Source of the DNA: Squalus acanthias
Taxonomy: Eukaryota
Direction of reading: 5' to 3'
Assembly: GCA_030390025.1 (NCBI GenBank)
Contig: CM059433.1
Location: 4,712,001 to 4,776,000 of the forward strand
Length of the DNA stretch: 64,000 bases
Made by a program: the position numbers and the translations under genes
Shown: positions 36,930 through 49,624 of the stretch, piece by piece
How positions within the stretch are numbered: the first letter of the stretch is position 1
How the letters are laid out: each line of letters starts with the position of its first letter
Notes under the pieces: model-generated
The model's database searches: none
Told to the model about the DNA's origin: nothing
The model's input: the letters and a program-made list of their open reading frames with translations, nothing else

Positions 36930-38180
36930 ATAACAACAACCTTGCACCTTTAACGGAGAAAAATGTCTCAAAGTAATAAAGGCGTAATAAATAAAAAGAT
37001 GGACTGAGCCAAAAGAGTCGAGATTAGGAGGGGTGACCAAAAGCTTGGTCGAAGAGGTGGAAAATAGAGGTGGCAAGACAGAGGGGGTTAAGGAGAGAAT
37101 TTCAGAGGGTGAGCGCTGGGTGCTACAGGCACAGCTGCCAATGGTGGGGCAAAGGGAGAGGCGAGAGGAAGAAGGGAGAGTTCAGCAGAGTTATAAGGAT
37201 GGACAAGGTTACAGAGATAGTGAGGCCTTGAAGGGACATAAACCAGGATGGAGGAGGTTGCAGAGATAGTGATGGGCGAGGCCTTGAAGGAATTTAAACA
37301 TAAGGATAAGAATTTTAAATTTCAGACATGGCAAATTAGGTCAGTAAGAGCAGGGGTTATTGCCAAGAATGACGGAATGGGATAGGGTACTAGCAGCAGA
37401 GTTTGGAGGAGCGAAAGTTTACCGAGGGTGGAGGATGGGAAGTCAGCCAAGGGAGCACTGAATTAGTTTGGAGGGGACAGATATACGGATGAGGATTTGA
37501 GCATTATAGGGGCTGAGGTAGGGACGGAGGTAGGCAATGTTACAGAGTTGGATGCAGGTGGTCTTTCTGACGGAGAGGATGAGGTCAGAAGCTCGGCTTG
37601 GGGCTGAAGTTGCGAACAGTCTGGTTCAGCCTGAGGCAGTGGCTGAGGAGGGGGATGGTGTCACCGACAAGGCTACAGTATTGATGGTGGGAGCTTAAGA
37701 CAATGGCTTCGGTCATCCCAGTGTTTAGTTGGAGAAAGTTGCGGCTCGCCCCAGACTGGATGTCGGTCAAGCAGCTTGACAATACAGAGGCAGTGGAAGA
37801 GTTAAGAGAGGTGGCGCACAGAAAAGCTGGTCATCATTAGCATACACACTGAAGCTGAGCCCATGTCTGCGGATGATGTTGCCAAGGGAGTTTGTAGATA
37901 AGGAAGAGATGGGGACCAAAGTTGGATTCTTGGGGAACTCCGGATGTAACGATACAGGGATGGGAAGAGAAGCAGTTGCTGGAGATGCTCTGGCTACACT
38001 CAAATAGGTAAGAGTGAAACCAAGCGAGGGCAGTTCCACTGAGCTAGAAACCAGGAGAGGTGTTAGAGGAGGATCATGTGGTTGATAATGATAAAGGCTG
38101 CAGAGAGGTCAAGGGGAATGAGGAGGATTGATACACCACAGTCACAGAGAATGTCATTCATGATTTTATTTAGATCCATT
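36930..38180 (-). mobile_element. Decayed L2 LINE RT fragment
   Basis: SLGNIIRRHGLSFSVYANDDQL; CLTDIQS...NFLQLNTGMTEAIV. Confidence 0.8.
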
Positions 38181-38297
38181 TCTAAATAAGGACATCATAG
38201 GTACTGTAGATCAACTACAGGCCGCTGACCCTCTCCACCTCCTCTTACACACACAGCAGTTAACTAATGAAAAACTGTAGGAGGAAAAAGGTAATGA

Positions 38298-38760
38298 AAG
38301 ACTTGCATTTATATAGCGCCTTTCACGACCACCGGATGTCTCAAAGCGCTTCACAGTCAATGAAGTATTTTTGAAGTGGAGTCACTGTTGTAATGTGGGA
38401 AACACAGCAGCCAATCTGCACACAGCAAGCTCCCACAAACAGCAATGTGATAATGACCAGATAATCTGTTTTTGTTATGTTGGTTGAGGGATAAATATTG
38501 GCCAGGACACCGGGGATAACTCCCCTGCTCTTCTTCAAAATAGTACCATGGGATCTTTTACGTCCATCTGAGAGAGCAGACGGGGCCTCGGTTTAACGTC
38601 TCATCCAAAAGACGGCACCTCCGACAGTGCAGCACTCCCTCAGCACTGCACTGGAGTGTCAGCCTAGCTTTTTGTGCTCAAGTCTCTGGAGTAGGACTTG
38701 AACCCACAACCTTCTGACTCAAGAGGCGAGTGTGCTACCCACTGAGCCACGGCTGACACT
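38298..38760 (-). mobile_element. Full-length DeuSINE (SacSINE1-like)
   Basis: Reverse complement of the 32880-33355 family. Confidence 0.9.
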
Positions 38761-39528
38761 TTAAGAAGAAGCCTGGTTCAGGACAATTAACATCTGGAAT
38801 TTTTTTTCCCCCAAGTTTGGTTCCTCAGAAGTATATGGAGAGTGATTCTCAGAAGGGTGATTCTGTGGCTGCCCACTTCAACCCTCCCCCAATGAGGTTC
38901 CTTGATGTTGTCACACCTCCCTCCTGAAGTACACTTGCCCTGTAGCAGTTCAAACCTTTGCACCTCAATGTGGTCTATCTTTTACAATTGAGACACTGCC
39001 CAGCTGTCTTTGTGTTTCTGTATCTAAATAAATGTCACAAGGTCTGCAGCAGTTTAAGGAGAAGACTCAAAAGCACCTTCTGAGCACAAGTAGGTGTGGG
39101 CAATAAACGCAGCCTTGCCGGTATTGCTTTCATCCGAAAAACAGTTTTTTTAATAAAACGACTGATACCTTTCTGTCTGCAAATCTAAAATTTGTTTCTC
39201 AATTTGCTTTCAATAAAATTTGTTCACTTAGGTTTCTGCAACAATTCCGCACCCCTGGTTGACAGAGAAGATAACTGGGCAGTTTCTGCTCCAGATCACT
39301 ATTCAATAAATCCTGCTGGAAAAAGTGTGCATCTGTGGCTGTCGGACAGCCTGCATACACTGTTCAGGCTCATGTGTGAGGACTGGCCACCTGGCTGAGG
39401 TACCAGAGGGTGACCGACGCCAGTGAAACTATACCCCTAGCTTGCATCAGGACCTTCAAAAGCGGAGGGGAGGAGAGAAAGCTGGAAGAGGTAAAACACT
39501 TATGAACAACTTATGAAAAAAATACCTA

Positions 39529-40185
39529 GGGGGAAAAATTCGGTTGATTTGCGCCTCCTGTTAGCGCCCTAAGAGGGAGCTAACGGGGCGCAAAGCATCG
39601 AGCACCCGGGCATGGCACCACTAACGCCTCCCGCGAATTTCAGCGGGAAGTTAGCGGCGGCGGTAACCGTTAGCACCCACGGGGCGCTGCGCCTCCGGCG
39701 ATGAAGTCATCGCTGTGCACAGTGCCCCGCTCGCGCCCCGGCCGTGATCTTCGGTAGCGCCCCCTGACGTATCGCCGGACGCTATGTCCGACAGGGTCAA
39801 GGGGGCCTACCTGCGGCCGGGGCGGCACAAATTAAAGGGGAGGTGCCGGGTGGCCATTTTTATTGCCGGCCACCTGCCAGCACCTGCCCCCGTTGCTGTC
39901 CTCCTCTTGCGTGCCGGGCTCTTTTGCCGGCACTCCGATCCCTGGTGGCCCAGCTGGGCCCTGGGTCGCGCTGTGCTAGGCCCCTCCCCTTTAATAAGGA
40001 GAGGAAGGCCTGCAGTACCGCGGCGTGACGTGCCGCAGCGCCACGATATTCACTCGCAGTGCCTCAAGAGGGAGGCGGGGCACCTCCCACTGGGGATGCT
40101 TCCAGTGAATTTCGGGCGTGGGGGCGCTAACATCTTCGGGGCGCTAGTTAGCGCCCCAAAAGGGGCGCGACCCAATTTTGCCCCC
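39529..40185. mobile_element. Harbinger-type MITE
   Basis: TIR GGGGGAAAAATTCG / CCAATTTTGCCCCC; CTA/CTC flanks. Confidence 0.8.
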
Positions 40186-41351
40186 CTCGTCTTTTTTCAT
40201 TTAACTGTGCTTCATCAGCTAAATAAAAGTCCTTAAATGTTCTTTTTTTGGTTAACAGACTTTAGTCCTCCGAAGCAGATCAGCTCCAATGAATTTGACC
40301 ACAAACTATTATGCCAGAAATTTGTACGTCTGTGCCTCAGTTTAGTTATAGCCAACTCTAAATGACGTCAGTGAATTTGCGACGTCAGTGAATTTGCGAC
40401 AAGGGTTTGTAATTTCACCCATCCTTCTGGTACAGACAAGCTCTAACAACAAGATACAAGATACTCCCTCCTTTTGAAAAATCAAAAATTGCAGCTTTTT
40501 CAAGTTGTCTGAAACATAACTGCCAACGAGTCAGAGTCTTGATCCCCAGAACAGGAGGCATCATCACACTGAGTTACAACCAAGACAAACAAGTTATCAC
40601 AAAGAAACAAAAAAAATATTAAGAGGCTAATATTACACACTAGGTATTTTTACTTTGTAAACAACAACAACAAAATATTTTTATACGTTCTCATTTAAAT
40701 TGCTACGATTCCATTTTTCTCCAGAAAAATCAAGTGTTCAACCTTTTTGCTTTTGCTGTCCAAATGTGACTGCTGTTGCCTAGCACCAACTTCATTCATC
40801 ATCAAACCCAAACCTATTGTTCAACTTTAAGGGCCGTGCAAGAGCCAATACAGTTTTGAATTTATTGGAAACGAGCTCTATCTGTCTCTGGAAGAAATTT
40901 GGCACGCTAAGTTTTTTTCCCCGATTGCATTTCCCAATTATCACAGCGAGGACAAAACAACTATAGTGTTACGTGCTGATGGAGTGTTATGTTCTGACAA
41001 AGAGTCACATCCAAAACAACCAACTATCCTTCGCCATTTGAAGCATTTATTATAGTGTTATACTTACTGCTTTATTAATCTGTCATTTCCTAGTTAGAGC
41101 ATTTCTGCCTCTCATACATAAGACGTAGGAGCAGAACTGCACGCAGTATTCTAGCTGTGGCCTAACTAGCGTTTTATGCAGTTCAAGCGTGTTCCCTGCT
41201 CTTATATTCTATGCCTCGGCTAATAAAGGAAAGTATCCCGTATGCCTTCTTAACCACCTTATCTACCCGTCCTGCTACCTTCGGGGATCTGTGGACATGC
41301 ACTCCAAGGTCCCTCTGATCTTTTGCACTTCTCAGTGTCCTACCATTTAAT

Positions 41352-42114
41352 GGCCCAGAAATTCGCCTCTCCGGCTTGCCGCGGGGGTAAGGATTGCGCG
41401 CGCACTTACCTACCGCGTCTGCCGTTCTGCTTCTGGCCCACGGGGACTTCAGCTCCTGGGCCTGCTCCAAGTGCCGGCGCACCGTGCTTGCGTGTCCCAG
41501 GGGCGCAGTTAGTGCGATGCGTCCCCTGGGATCATGTGGGCCATGGAGAGCCAATGGCAGCAGACCATCTTTCATTCATAGATTTGACAGGAAGACCTGT
41601 CAAATCTATGAATTGAAATCGGCCCCAAAAGAACAGCTAAACTTCAAATAATTTTTTTTAAAACCATCACATTTTTAAAATAACTATAAGTTAAATAAAT
41701 TAACTACTTTAAACAAAAATTTAAATTTTTGAAAAAATTTAAATACTTTTTAACAGTGCTAAAAATAAACTTACCTTTCTTTAAAGTATCTAAAAAAGAT
41801 AAACCTGTTGAAAATTTTTTAAATTATAATTAATTAACCACTTGCCTTGTTGAAAACGGGTCCTGCGCCTCCTTTTTAAAAGCGCAGGTTCTTCAATACT
41901 TACCTTCCCGGAGAAACCTGAAAAAAACCTAAGTTTGCTGCGTGCGCGCAGCCTCTACCGCGCACACGGTTCACCTCTGAACCGCTCCCTTCACCAGACC
42001 GGAAGTTCCGGTTTCCCGCGCATGCGCAGTGCATGCAGGAAACCGGCACTTCAGGAGGCCTTACAGGTGAGTACACAGTGCGTACTCACCCGGCAAGTGC
42101 CGAATTTTTGGCCC
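41352..42114. mobile_element. Harbinger-type MITE inserted in CR1
   Basis: TIR GGCCCAGAAATTCG / CGAATTTTTGGCCC; AAT TSD at 41349 and 42115; CR1 rejoins when it is removed. Confidence 0.88.
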
Positions 42115-43224
42115 AATGTGTTTTCCCTTGCCTTGTTAGTCCTCCCCAAATGCATTACCTCACACTTCCCCGGATTGAATTCCATTTGCCACTTTTCTGC
42201 CCACCGGACCAGTCCATTGATATCTTCCTGCAGTCTGCTGCTTTCTTCCTCACCATCAACCACACGGCCAATTTTTGCATCATCTGCAAACTTCTTAATC
42301 ATACTTCCTACATTGAAGTCTAAATCATTGATATATACCACAAAAAGCAAGGGACCTAGTACTGAACCCTGCGGAACCCCACTGGAAACAGCCTTCCAGT
42401 CACAAAAACACCCTTCGACCATTACCCTTTGCTTCCTACCACTGAGCCAATTTTGGATCCAACTTGCCACTTTCCCTTGGATCACATGGGCTTTTACTTT
42501 CGTGACCAGTCTGCCATGTGGGACCTTGTCAAAAGCCTTGCTAAAATCCATGTAGACTACATCAAACGCACTACCCTAATCGACCCTCCCTGTTACCTCC
42601 TCAAAAAAATTCAATCAAGTTTGTCAGACACGACCTTCCCTTAACAAATCCATGCTGACTGTCCTTGATTAATCCATGCCTTTCTAAAATGATGATTAAT
42701 ACTGTCCCTCAGAACTTTTTCCAACAATTTGCCCACCACCGAGATTAGGCTGACTGGCCTGTAATTACCCGGTCTATCCCTTTCTAAACAACAACAACAA
42801 CTTGTATTTATATAGCGCCTTTAACGTAGTAAACCGCCCCGAGGCGCTGCCAACGGTATAACGTTAGCAGTCCTCCAGTACCAGAGAGGATTGAAAAATG
42901 ATGGTCAGAGCCTCTGCTATTTCCTCCTTTGCTTCTCTTAACAGCCTGGGATACATTTCATCCAGGCCCAGTGATTTAGTTACTTTCAAAGATGCTAAAC
43001 CCCTTAATAGTTCCTGTCTCACTATGTTTATCTCATCTAACAGTTCACACTCCTCCTCCTCCTCAACTACAATGTCTGCATCGTCCCTCTCTTTCGGAAA
43101 GACAGACGCAAAGTATTCATTAAGAACCATACCCACGTCTTCCACCTCCACACACAACCTTCCTTTTTGGTCTCTAATAGGGCCTACTCTTGCTTTAATT
43201 ATCCTCTTTCTCTTCATGCATGTA

Positions 43225-43486
43225 CAGTAAACTCTTGTTTAAACGGCACTTAATCATCCGGAATTCTTTAATAACCGGCAAAATAGATAGCCGGTAATCT
43301 TGCCGAATCCATCCATTTTTCATTTTTCCGAGTCAGAGTTTCCCGCGGTGGCCAAGTTAGTCAGTGGTTTTTATTTTTGTTTGTGTTACAAATTGCCTTG
43401 GTAGGTATACCTCTCTGTTATCCAGAATTTTTCATCAACCGGCACCATCCTGGTCCCATAGGTGCCGGATACGAAAGAGTTTACTG
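43225..43486. mobile_element. Tc1/mariner (pogo/Tigger-type) MITE
   Basis: TIR CAGTAAACTCTT...CGGCAC at both ends; TA TSD. Confidence 0.85.
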
Positions 43487-43629
43487 TATTTATAAAACAT
43501 CTTTGGGTTTTCCTTGATTTTACATGCCAATATTTTTTCATGCCCTCCCTTTGCTTTCCTAATTTCATTTTTAATTTCACCCCTGTACTTTCTATACTCC
43601 TCTAGGCTTCCTGCAGTATTTAGCTCTCG

Positions 43630-45180
43630 AACAAGCAGTCTGACAATTTAGAGACCGTGGAGGGGTCGAGAGAAGTGGTAGTGAGGTAGAGCTGGGTGTC
43701 GTCATCGTACATGTGGAAACTGACGCTGTGTTTTCAGATGATGTCACCAAGTGGCAACATGTAGATGAGAAATAGGAGAGGGCCAAGGATAGATCCTTGG
43801 GGGACACCAGAGGTAACGATGCGGGAGCGGGAAGAGAAGCCGTTGCAGGTGATTCTCTGGTTACGATTAGATGGATAAGAATGGAACCAGGCGAGTGCAG
43901 TCCCACCCAGCTGGACGATGGTGGAGAGGCGCTGGAGAAGGATGGAATGGTCAACCGTGTCAAAGGCTGCAGACAAGTCAAGAAGGACGAGGAGGGAGAG
44001 TTTACCTTGTCACAGTCACAAAGTGACATTTGTGACTTTGACGAGAATCGTTTCAGTACTGTGGCGGGGCAGAAACCTGAGTGGAGGAATTCAAACATGG
44101 AGTTCCGGGAATGATGAGCACGGATTTGGGAGGTGACAACATGTTCACGGACTTGAGAGGAAAGGAAGGTTGGAGACGGGGCGGTAGTTTGCAAAGACAA
44201 AGGGTCAAGGATTTTTTTTTGAGGAGAGGGGTGATGATGGCAGATTTGAGGGAGACGGGGACAGTACCTGAGGAGAGAGAACTGTTAACAATATCATGGG
44301 AGCCAGGAAGGGAAGTTGGGTGGTCAGCAGTTTCGTGGGAATTGGGTCGTAGGAGCTGGAAGTGGGTCTCATGGACAAGATGGGCTCGGAGAGGGCAAGA
44401 GGGGAGATCGGAGAGAAACTGAAGAAAGATGCAAGTTCAGGACTAGGGCAAGGGGAACCTTAGAGGAAGTTTGGCCCGGTGGGCGAGGGGAAGGGAGGGA
44501 AGTATCTGGCAGAGGCAGCTGATCGGATTGTCTCAATCATAGTGACAAAGAATTCCACGAGCTCCTCGCACTTGTTGTTGGAGGCGAGGGTGGAGGAGAC
44601 AGGGGAGGGGGGTTTAAGAAGACGGTGAGCAGTAGAGAAAAGAATCAGGGTGCAGCCTCGTGTTCTGCTCAACCATGAGCTGATCTTTTTATCCCACATG
44701 CAGTCAGTCAGTCAACAAAACAACAACCGCCCCCATTTATATAGCTCATTTAATGTAGGGAAACATCCCAAGGGCTTCACAGAGGCACGAGGAAAAATGG
44801 ACACTGAGCCAAAGAAAGAGACATTAGGAGTGGTGACCAAAGTTTGCTCAGAGATGGCTATTAAGGGGAATTCTGGAAGAGGTTCTCGGCTGGAGGGGGT
44901 TACAGAGATTGGGAGGAGCAAATCCAAGGAGGGGGTTTAAACACAAGGATCAAAATTTAAAATTGGGAGACATGGTGCTAATAACGGTCAGCAAAGATGA
45001 GGGGAATGGAAAGGCTCGACATGGTGTAGAATAGGATATTGGATGAGCTGAAGTTTACAGAGGATGCAGGAGGAAAGGTTGACCAGGATAGTGTTGGGGT
45101 AATCAAGTCTGGAGGTGGCAAAGACATGAACGAGGGTTTCAGCGGCAATTCGGCTCAGGTAGGGGCAAAGGCAGTCCATG
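43630..45180 (-). mobile_element. L2 LINE fragments (RT region and a separate older 3' piece)
   Basis: SAAFDTVDHSILLQRL...WFHSY...GVPQGSILGPLLFLIYMLPLG; AAETLVHVFATSRLDY. Confidence 0.85.
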
Positions 45181-46462
45181 TGACCGGGGTCTGTATTTTC
45201 CATACCCAGTACATTCCTTGCTTGCACCAATATTTTTGTCCTTGCGCTGCTAAAACCCTAATCTATGCCGTCATCATCATCTCAAGGATTGATTTTTCAA
45301 ACACTTCCCTCGCAACTTCCCCTCCTCCACCCTTCACAGACTTCAACTAATATTTGCAAGGGTTCCCCCACGCAAAAGGTTTGAAAACCACTAATTTGAA
45401 GGAAGGGAAGAAGAGGTAAGAAAGAAAGAACATGCACTTAACGAGCACATTTCACATCCGCAAAATGTTCCAAAGTGCTTCACAGCCAAATAAAAGTTGG
45501 CTTGGACTTTCCCGCTCGTCTTCGAATATTGCTATGGGATCTTTCACATACATCTGGATGGGTTTACAGGACCTCAGTTTAACACTTCCACTGAAATGCA
45601 GTGATAGCAAACTAACCGATGTGCAGCTCTCCACTGGCATCGGATTCTGGTCTCTGACCCACTATTCTATGCCTCTGCAGCACATCAAGACACATACGTT
45701 GGGTGTCCAGGAATTTAATGCTGAGCTGGTCCTGTGCATCAGCATACTTGTGCGATAACGCTTTTTTGTGTCAAGATGCAAGCATGCTGGTATACTGAAT
45801 GGGATCAGAGAGTTAGGGAGGCCACAGAAGGGCATTGTTCCAATGGTTCAAATAGCAGGTCTCTATTGCATCAGCTGTATGGGTTGTTTATATTTATATT
45901 ATGCCATTAACGGCAGACCTGCGGTTTTTACACATTTCAAGAGTTAAGGAGGCCCTCAATATGAATTTGGAAGTTTTGAAGTATATAAATCAAATCTTTG
46001 ATGTTACAGTATTATGGATGTGTACTAAGCGCTAAGATTTGTGTAGATTCAGTCTCTTTGGGGTCAAGTTGGTTCAAAGACTTCATGCCTAAAAGTTGCA
46101 AGTTTGAAATTCAAATCAACCCTCTATGACCCTTAGTAACCAGATACCTAAGCCAAGCAGATCTGCAGCAATCCCGGGCACTGTTTATGATTAATTAGTC
46201 AGATGCCTGGTCATTGAGACCTGGAGGGGTGGACCTGGCACTGAGGACTGGAATTCTTCCCAGTCAGCCCCAGATAACCTTGCCAGCAAATGTCCTAATG
46301 GGTAGCAGTCTAGGTTGGACAAACAAACAGCAGGAAGATTACTACTGCTGGTAAACTGCAGGTTAGCTGGATAAATTCCAGCAGTACCTCTGTGCACACT
46401 TGGGGGTCTCCAAGCCTTGGCTTTTGCTAAACTGCACCTAAGCTCTCTGGTAAGTAGGGCAT

Positions 46463-48300
46463 AGAATCATAGAATCTTACAGCACAGAAGGAGGCCATTC
46501 AGCCTGTCGTGGCTGTGCCGGCTCTTTGAAAGAGCTGTCCAATGTAGTCCCACACCCCAGCTTTTTCCCCCATAACCCTGCAAATTAGTCCACTTCGAAA
46601 GTACATGTCCTATTACGTATGGAATCTGATTCCACCACCCTTTTAGGCAGTGCGTTCCAGAGCTCAACAACCCTCTCTCTGAAGATATTTCTCCTCATTT
46701 CCCCTTTAGTTGACAATTATTTTAAATCTATGACCTCTGGTTACCGACCCACTTGCCAGAGCAAACAGTTTTTCCAGACTTGCTCGATTAAAAACCCTCA
46801 TTATTTTGAATACCTCTATTTGGTCTCCCCTTAACCTTCTCTGCTCGAAGGAGAGCAATACCAACTTCCCAAATCTCTCATCCCGGGTATCATCCTGGTA
46901 AATCTCCGCTGTGCCCTCTCCAAGGCCTTGACATCCTTCCTAAAAAGTGCGGTGCCCAGAATTGTACACAATACTCCAGCTGAGGGCTAACCAGTCATTT
47001 GTGAAAGTTTAGCATGACTTCCTTGTTTTTGTATTCAATGCCCATATTTACAAAGCCAAGTATCCCATACTTTCTTAACCACTTTCTCAACCTGCCCTGC
47101 CATCTTCAAAGATTTGGGAATATGCACCCCCAGGTCCCTCTGCTCTTGCACGCCCATCAAAATAGTCCCATTTAGATTATATACCGCCTCTCCATGCTGG
47201 TTCTCCCAAAGTGCATCACTGCACACTTATCAACATTAAATTGCATCTGCCGTGTGTCTTCCCATTTCACCAGCCTACGGCCTTCCTGAAGTCTGCTGCT
47301 ATACCGCTCACTCTTTACTACGCTGCCAAGTTTCGAATCATCCGCAAACTTCAAAATTGTACTCCCTAAACCCAAGTCCAGGTCACTTATATATAACAAG
47401 AAAAGCAATTGTCCGAATATCGACCTCTAGGAGACCCCACACCAATACATTCTTAAACATAGAAACATAGAAGATAGGAGCAGGAGTAGGCCATTCGGCC
47501 CCTCGAGCCTGTTCGGCCATTTAATGAGATCATGGCTGATCATCCAAATTCAATACCCTGTCCCTGCTTTCACCCCATATCCCTTGATCCCTTTAGCCTT
47601 AAGAAATATATCCAACTCCTTCTTGAATATATTTAATGAATTGGCCTCAACTGCCTTCTGTGGTAGAGAATTCCACAGGTTCACCACTCTCTGGGTGAAG
47701 AAATTCCTCCTCATCTCATTTTCTACTCTCCTGTCATAAAAACATCCGTTCACCACTAATCTTTGCCTCCTATCCCTTAGCCAATTACATACCCAAGTTA
47801 CCTCCTGTTCCTTTAATACCACGTGCTTCTATTTTCTGAGTAAGTCCATACATGCAACATCTGCTGTACTGCCTTCATCAACCCTCTCTGTTACTTCATC
47901 ATAGAACTCAATGAGGTTTGTCAGACACAATTTTCCTTAACAAATCCACGCTGGCTGTCCCTTATTAACCCATGCTTCTCCAAGTGAGAATTTTGACCTT
48001 GACAATGGTCTCTTGTAGTTTTCCCCACCACTGACTGGCCTGTAGTTACAAGGTTTATCCCTCTCCTCTCTTTTTTGAACAGGGGTGTAACATTTGCAAT
48101 CCTCCAGTCTGCTGGCACCACTCCCACATGCAAGGAGGATTGAAATATTGTGGTCAGAGCTTCTGCCATCTCCATCCTAGCTTCCCTCTGCAACCGAGGA
48201 TACATCCCATCTGGAATGAGTGACTTGTTAACTTTGAGTGACGCCAACCTATTTAGCACCTCCTTTCTATCTATTGTTTTCTTATCCAATATCTCTACTC
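46463..48300 (-). mobile_element. Older CR1 LINE with a young CR1 tail nested at ~47456-47720
   Basis: KFADDSKLG, DWRIANVTPLFKK; the nested piece encodes EMRRNFFTQRVVNLWNSLP. Confidence 0.85.
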
Positions 48301-48309
48301 CCCCCATGT

Positions 48310-48765
48310 CAACAACAACAACTTGTATTTATATAGCACCTTTAACGTAGTAAAACGATCCAAGGTGCTGCACAGGAGGATAAAAAGACAAAAAATTTGA
48401 CTCCGATCCACATAAGGAGAAATTAGGGCAGGTGACCAAAAGCTTGGTCAAAGAGGTAGGTTTTAAGGAGCATCTTAAAGGAGGAAAGAGAGGTAGCGAG
48501 GCGGAGAGGTTTAGGCAGGGAATTCCAGAGCTTAGGGCCCAGGCAACAGAAGGCACGGCCACCAAAGGTTACAATCAAGGATGCTCAAGAGGGCAGAATT
48601 AGAGGATCGCAGATATCTCGGGGGGTTGTGGGGCTGAAGGATATTACAGAGATAGGGAGGGGAGAGGCCATGGAGGGATTTGAAAACAAGGATGAGAATT
48701 TTGAAATCGAGGCGCTGCTTAACCGGGAGCCAATGTAGGTCAGCGAGCACAGGGGTGATGGGCTC
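48310..48765 (-). mobile_element. L2 LINE 3' end (very similar to 22405-22870)
   Basis: ITPVLADLHWLPVKQRLDFKIL plus (TTG)n tail. Confidence 0.9.
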
Positions 48766-49624
48766 GATGTATGTCCCTACAGAGAGAGAGTGTGTGTGCG
48801 CACTCCACAGTGACCAACTAGAAACTCCACCTGGTTTGGAGACACCTGAACATAGTGTTGGATTTCTGCATGTGTCAGACACCCGGTCTACCAAAAAAAA
48901 ATATAAATTACCAAATGCTTTCTTAGTTAATGGACAACAAACACAAAGCTGCAGAAGTCTTGAGCAATGAGAGATAGACACAAGTCTGAATGTGTTTAAA
49001 TTGTTCAGATGCAATTATTTTAATTATAACAAAGTACTGGTCTGGCAATTATCCCCAGCAGGTTCATCTGACAGATAAGCTAATCTTCTTGCTCTTTATT
49101 TCTCCATGTGATGCCTGGAAACATTAAGCACCTGCTCTTTCTGTCTAACGTCTCAATCACCAAGAATGAGTAACATGGAGAATAACCTGAAAATCTACTC
49201 CGATGTGTGCGCAGAATACCCTGTCAAAATCTTTTCCTTATAATCATCCTGCTTCACCTATTTTGAGCTTGCTTTTCTGCCACTCTCTCTCCAGCTGCCG
49301 AGTGATCTCCTTTTCTGTGTAACAAAGCAATTTGAAGACGAGGATTCCAAAGCATTATTCTTATGTAGCTTTGCCCATTGTGAATAAATCCTTTACTTGA
49401 CAGGACTCGGGGAGTGTGGGGTGGGGGGACCAAAATCAGCCATCACCCAGCCTGTATCATATGAATCTACTTTGAGTAAAATAAAACAAAATCTTTAACT
49501 TACTGAGGTCACAAAATAATTGAAGGTGTTCACATGTGGACATTAATTGAGGACAAGATAAGGCTCGGATGTGGTGCCCTCCAGTCAGAAAGCCGACCAA
49601 TACTCACCAATTGGGCTCAAATAT

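Larger units (their letters stand above)
41130..43620 (-). mobile_element. CR1 LINE ORF2 fragment interrupted by three insertions
   Basis: MDFSKAFDKVPHGRL, GVPQGSVLGP, KFADDAK, LNEYFASVF. Confidence 0.9.

Noticed and set aside
46209..46221. One-mismatch ERE GGTCAttgAGACC
   Set aside because: Isolated, within chance expectation and possibly inside a decayed repeat.
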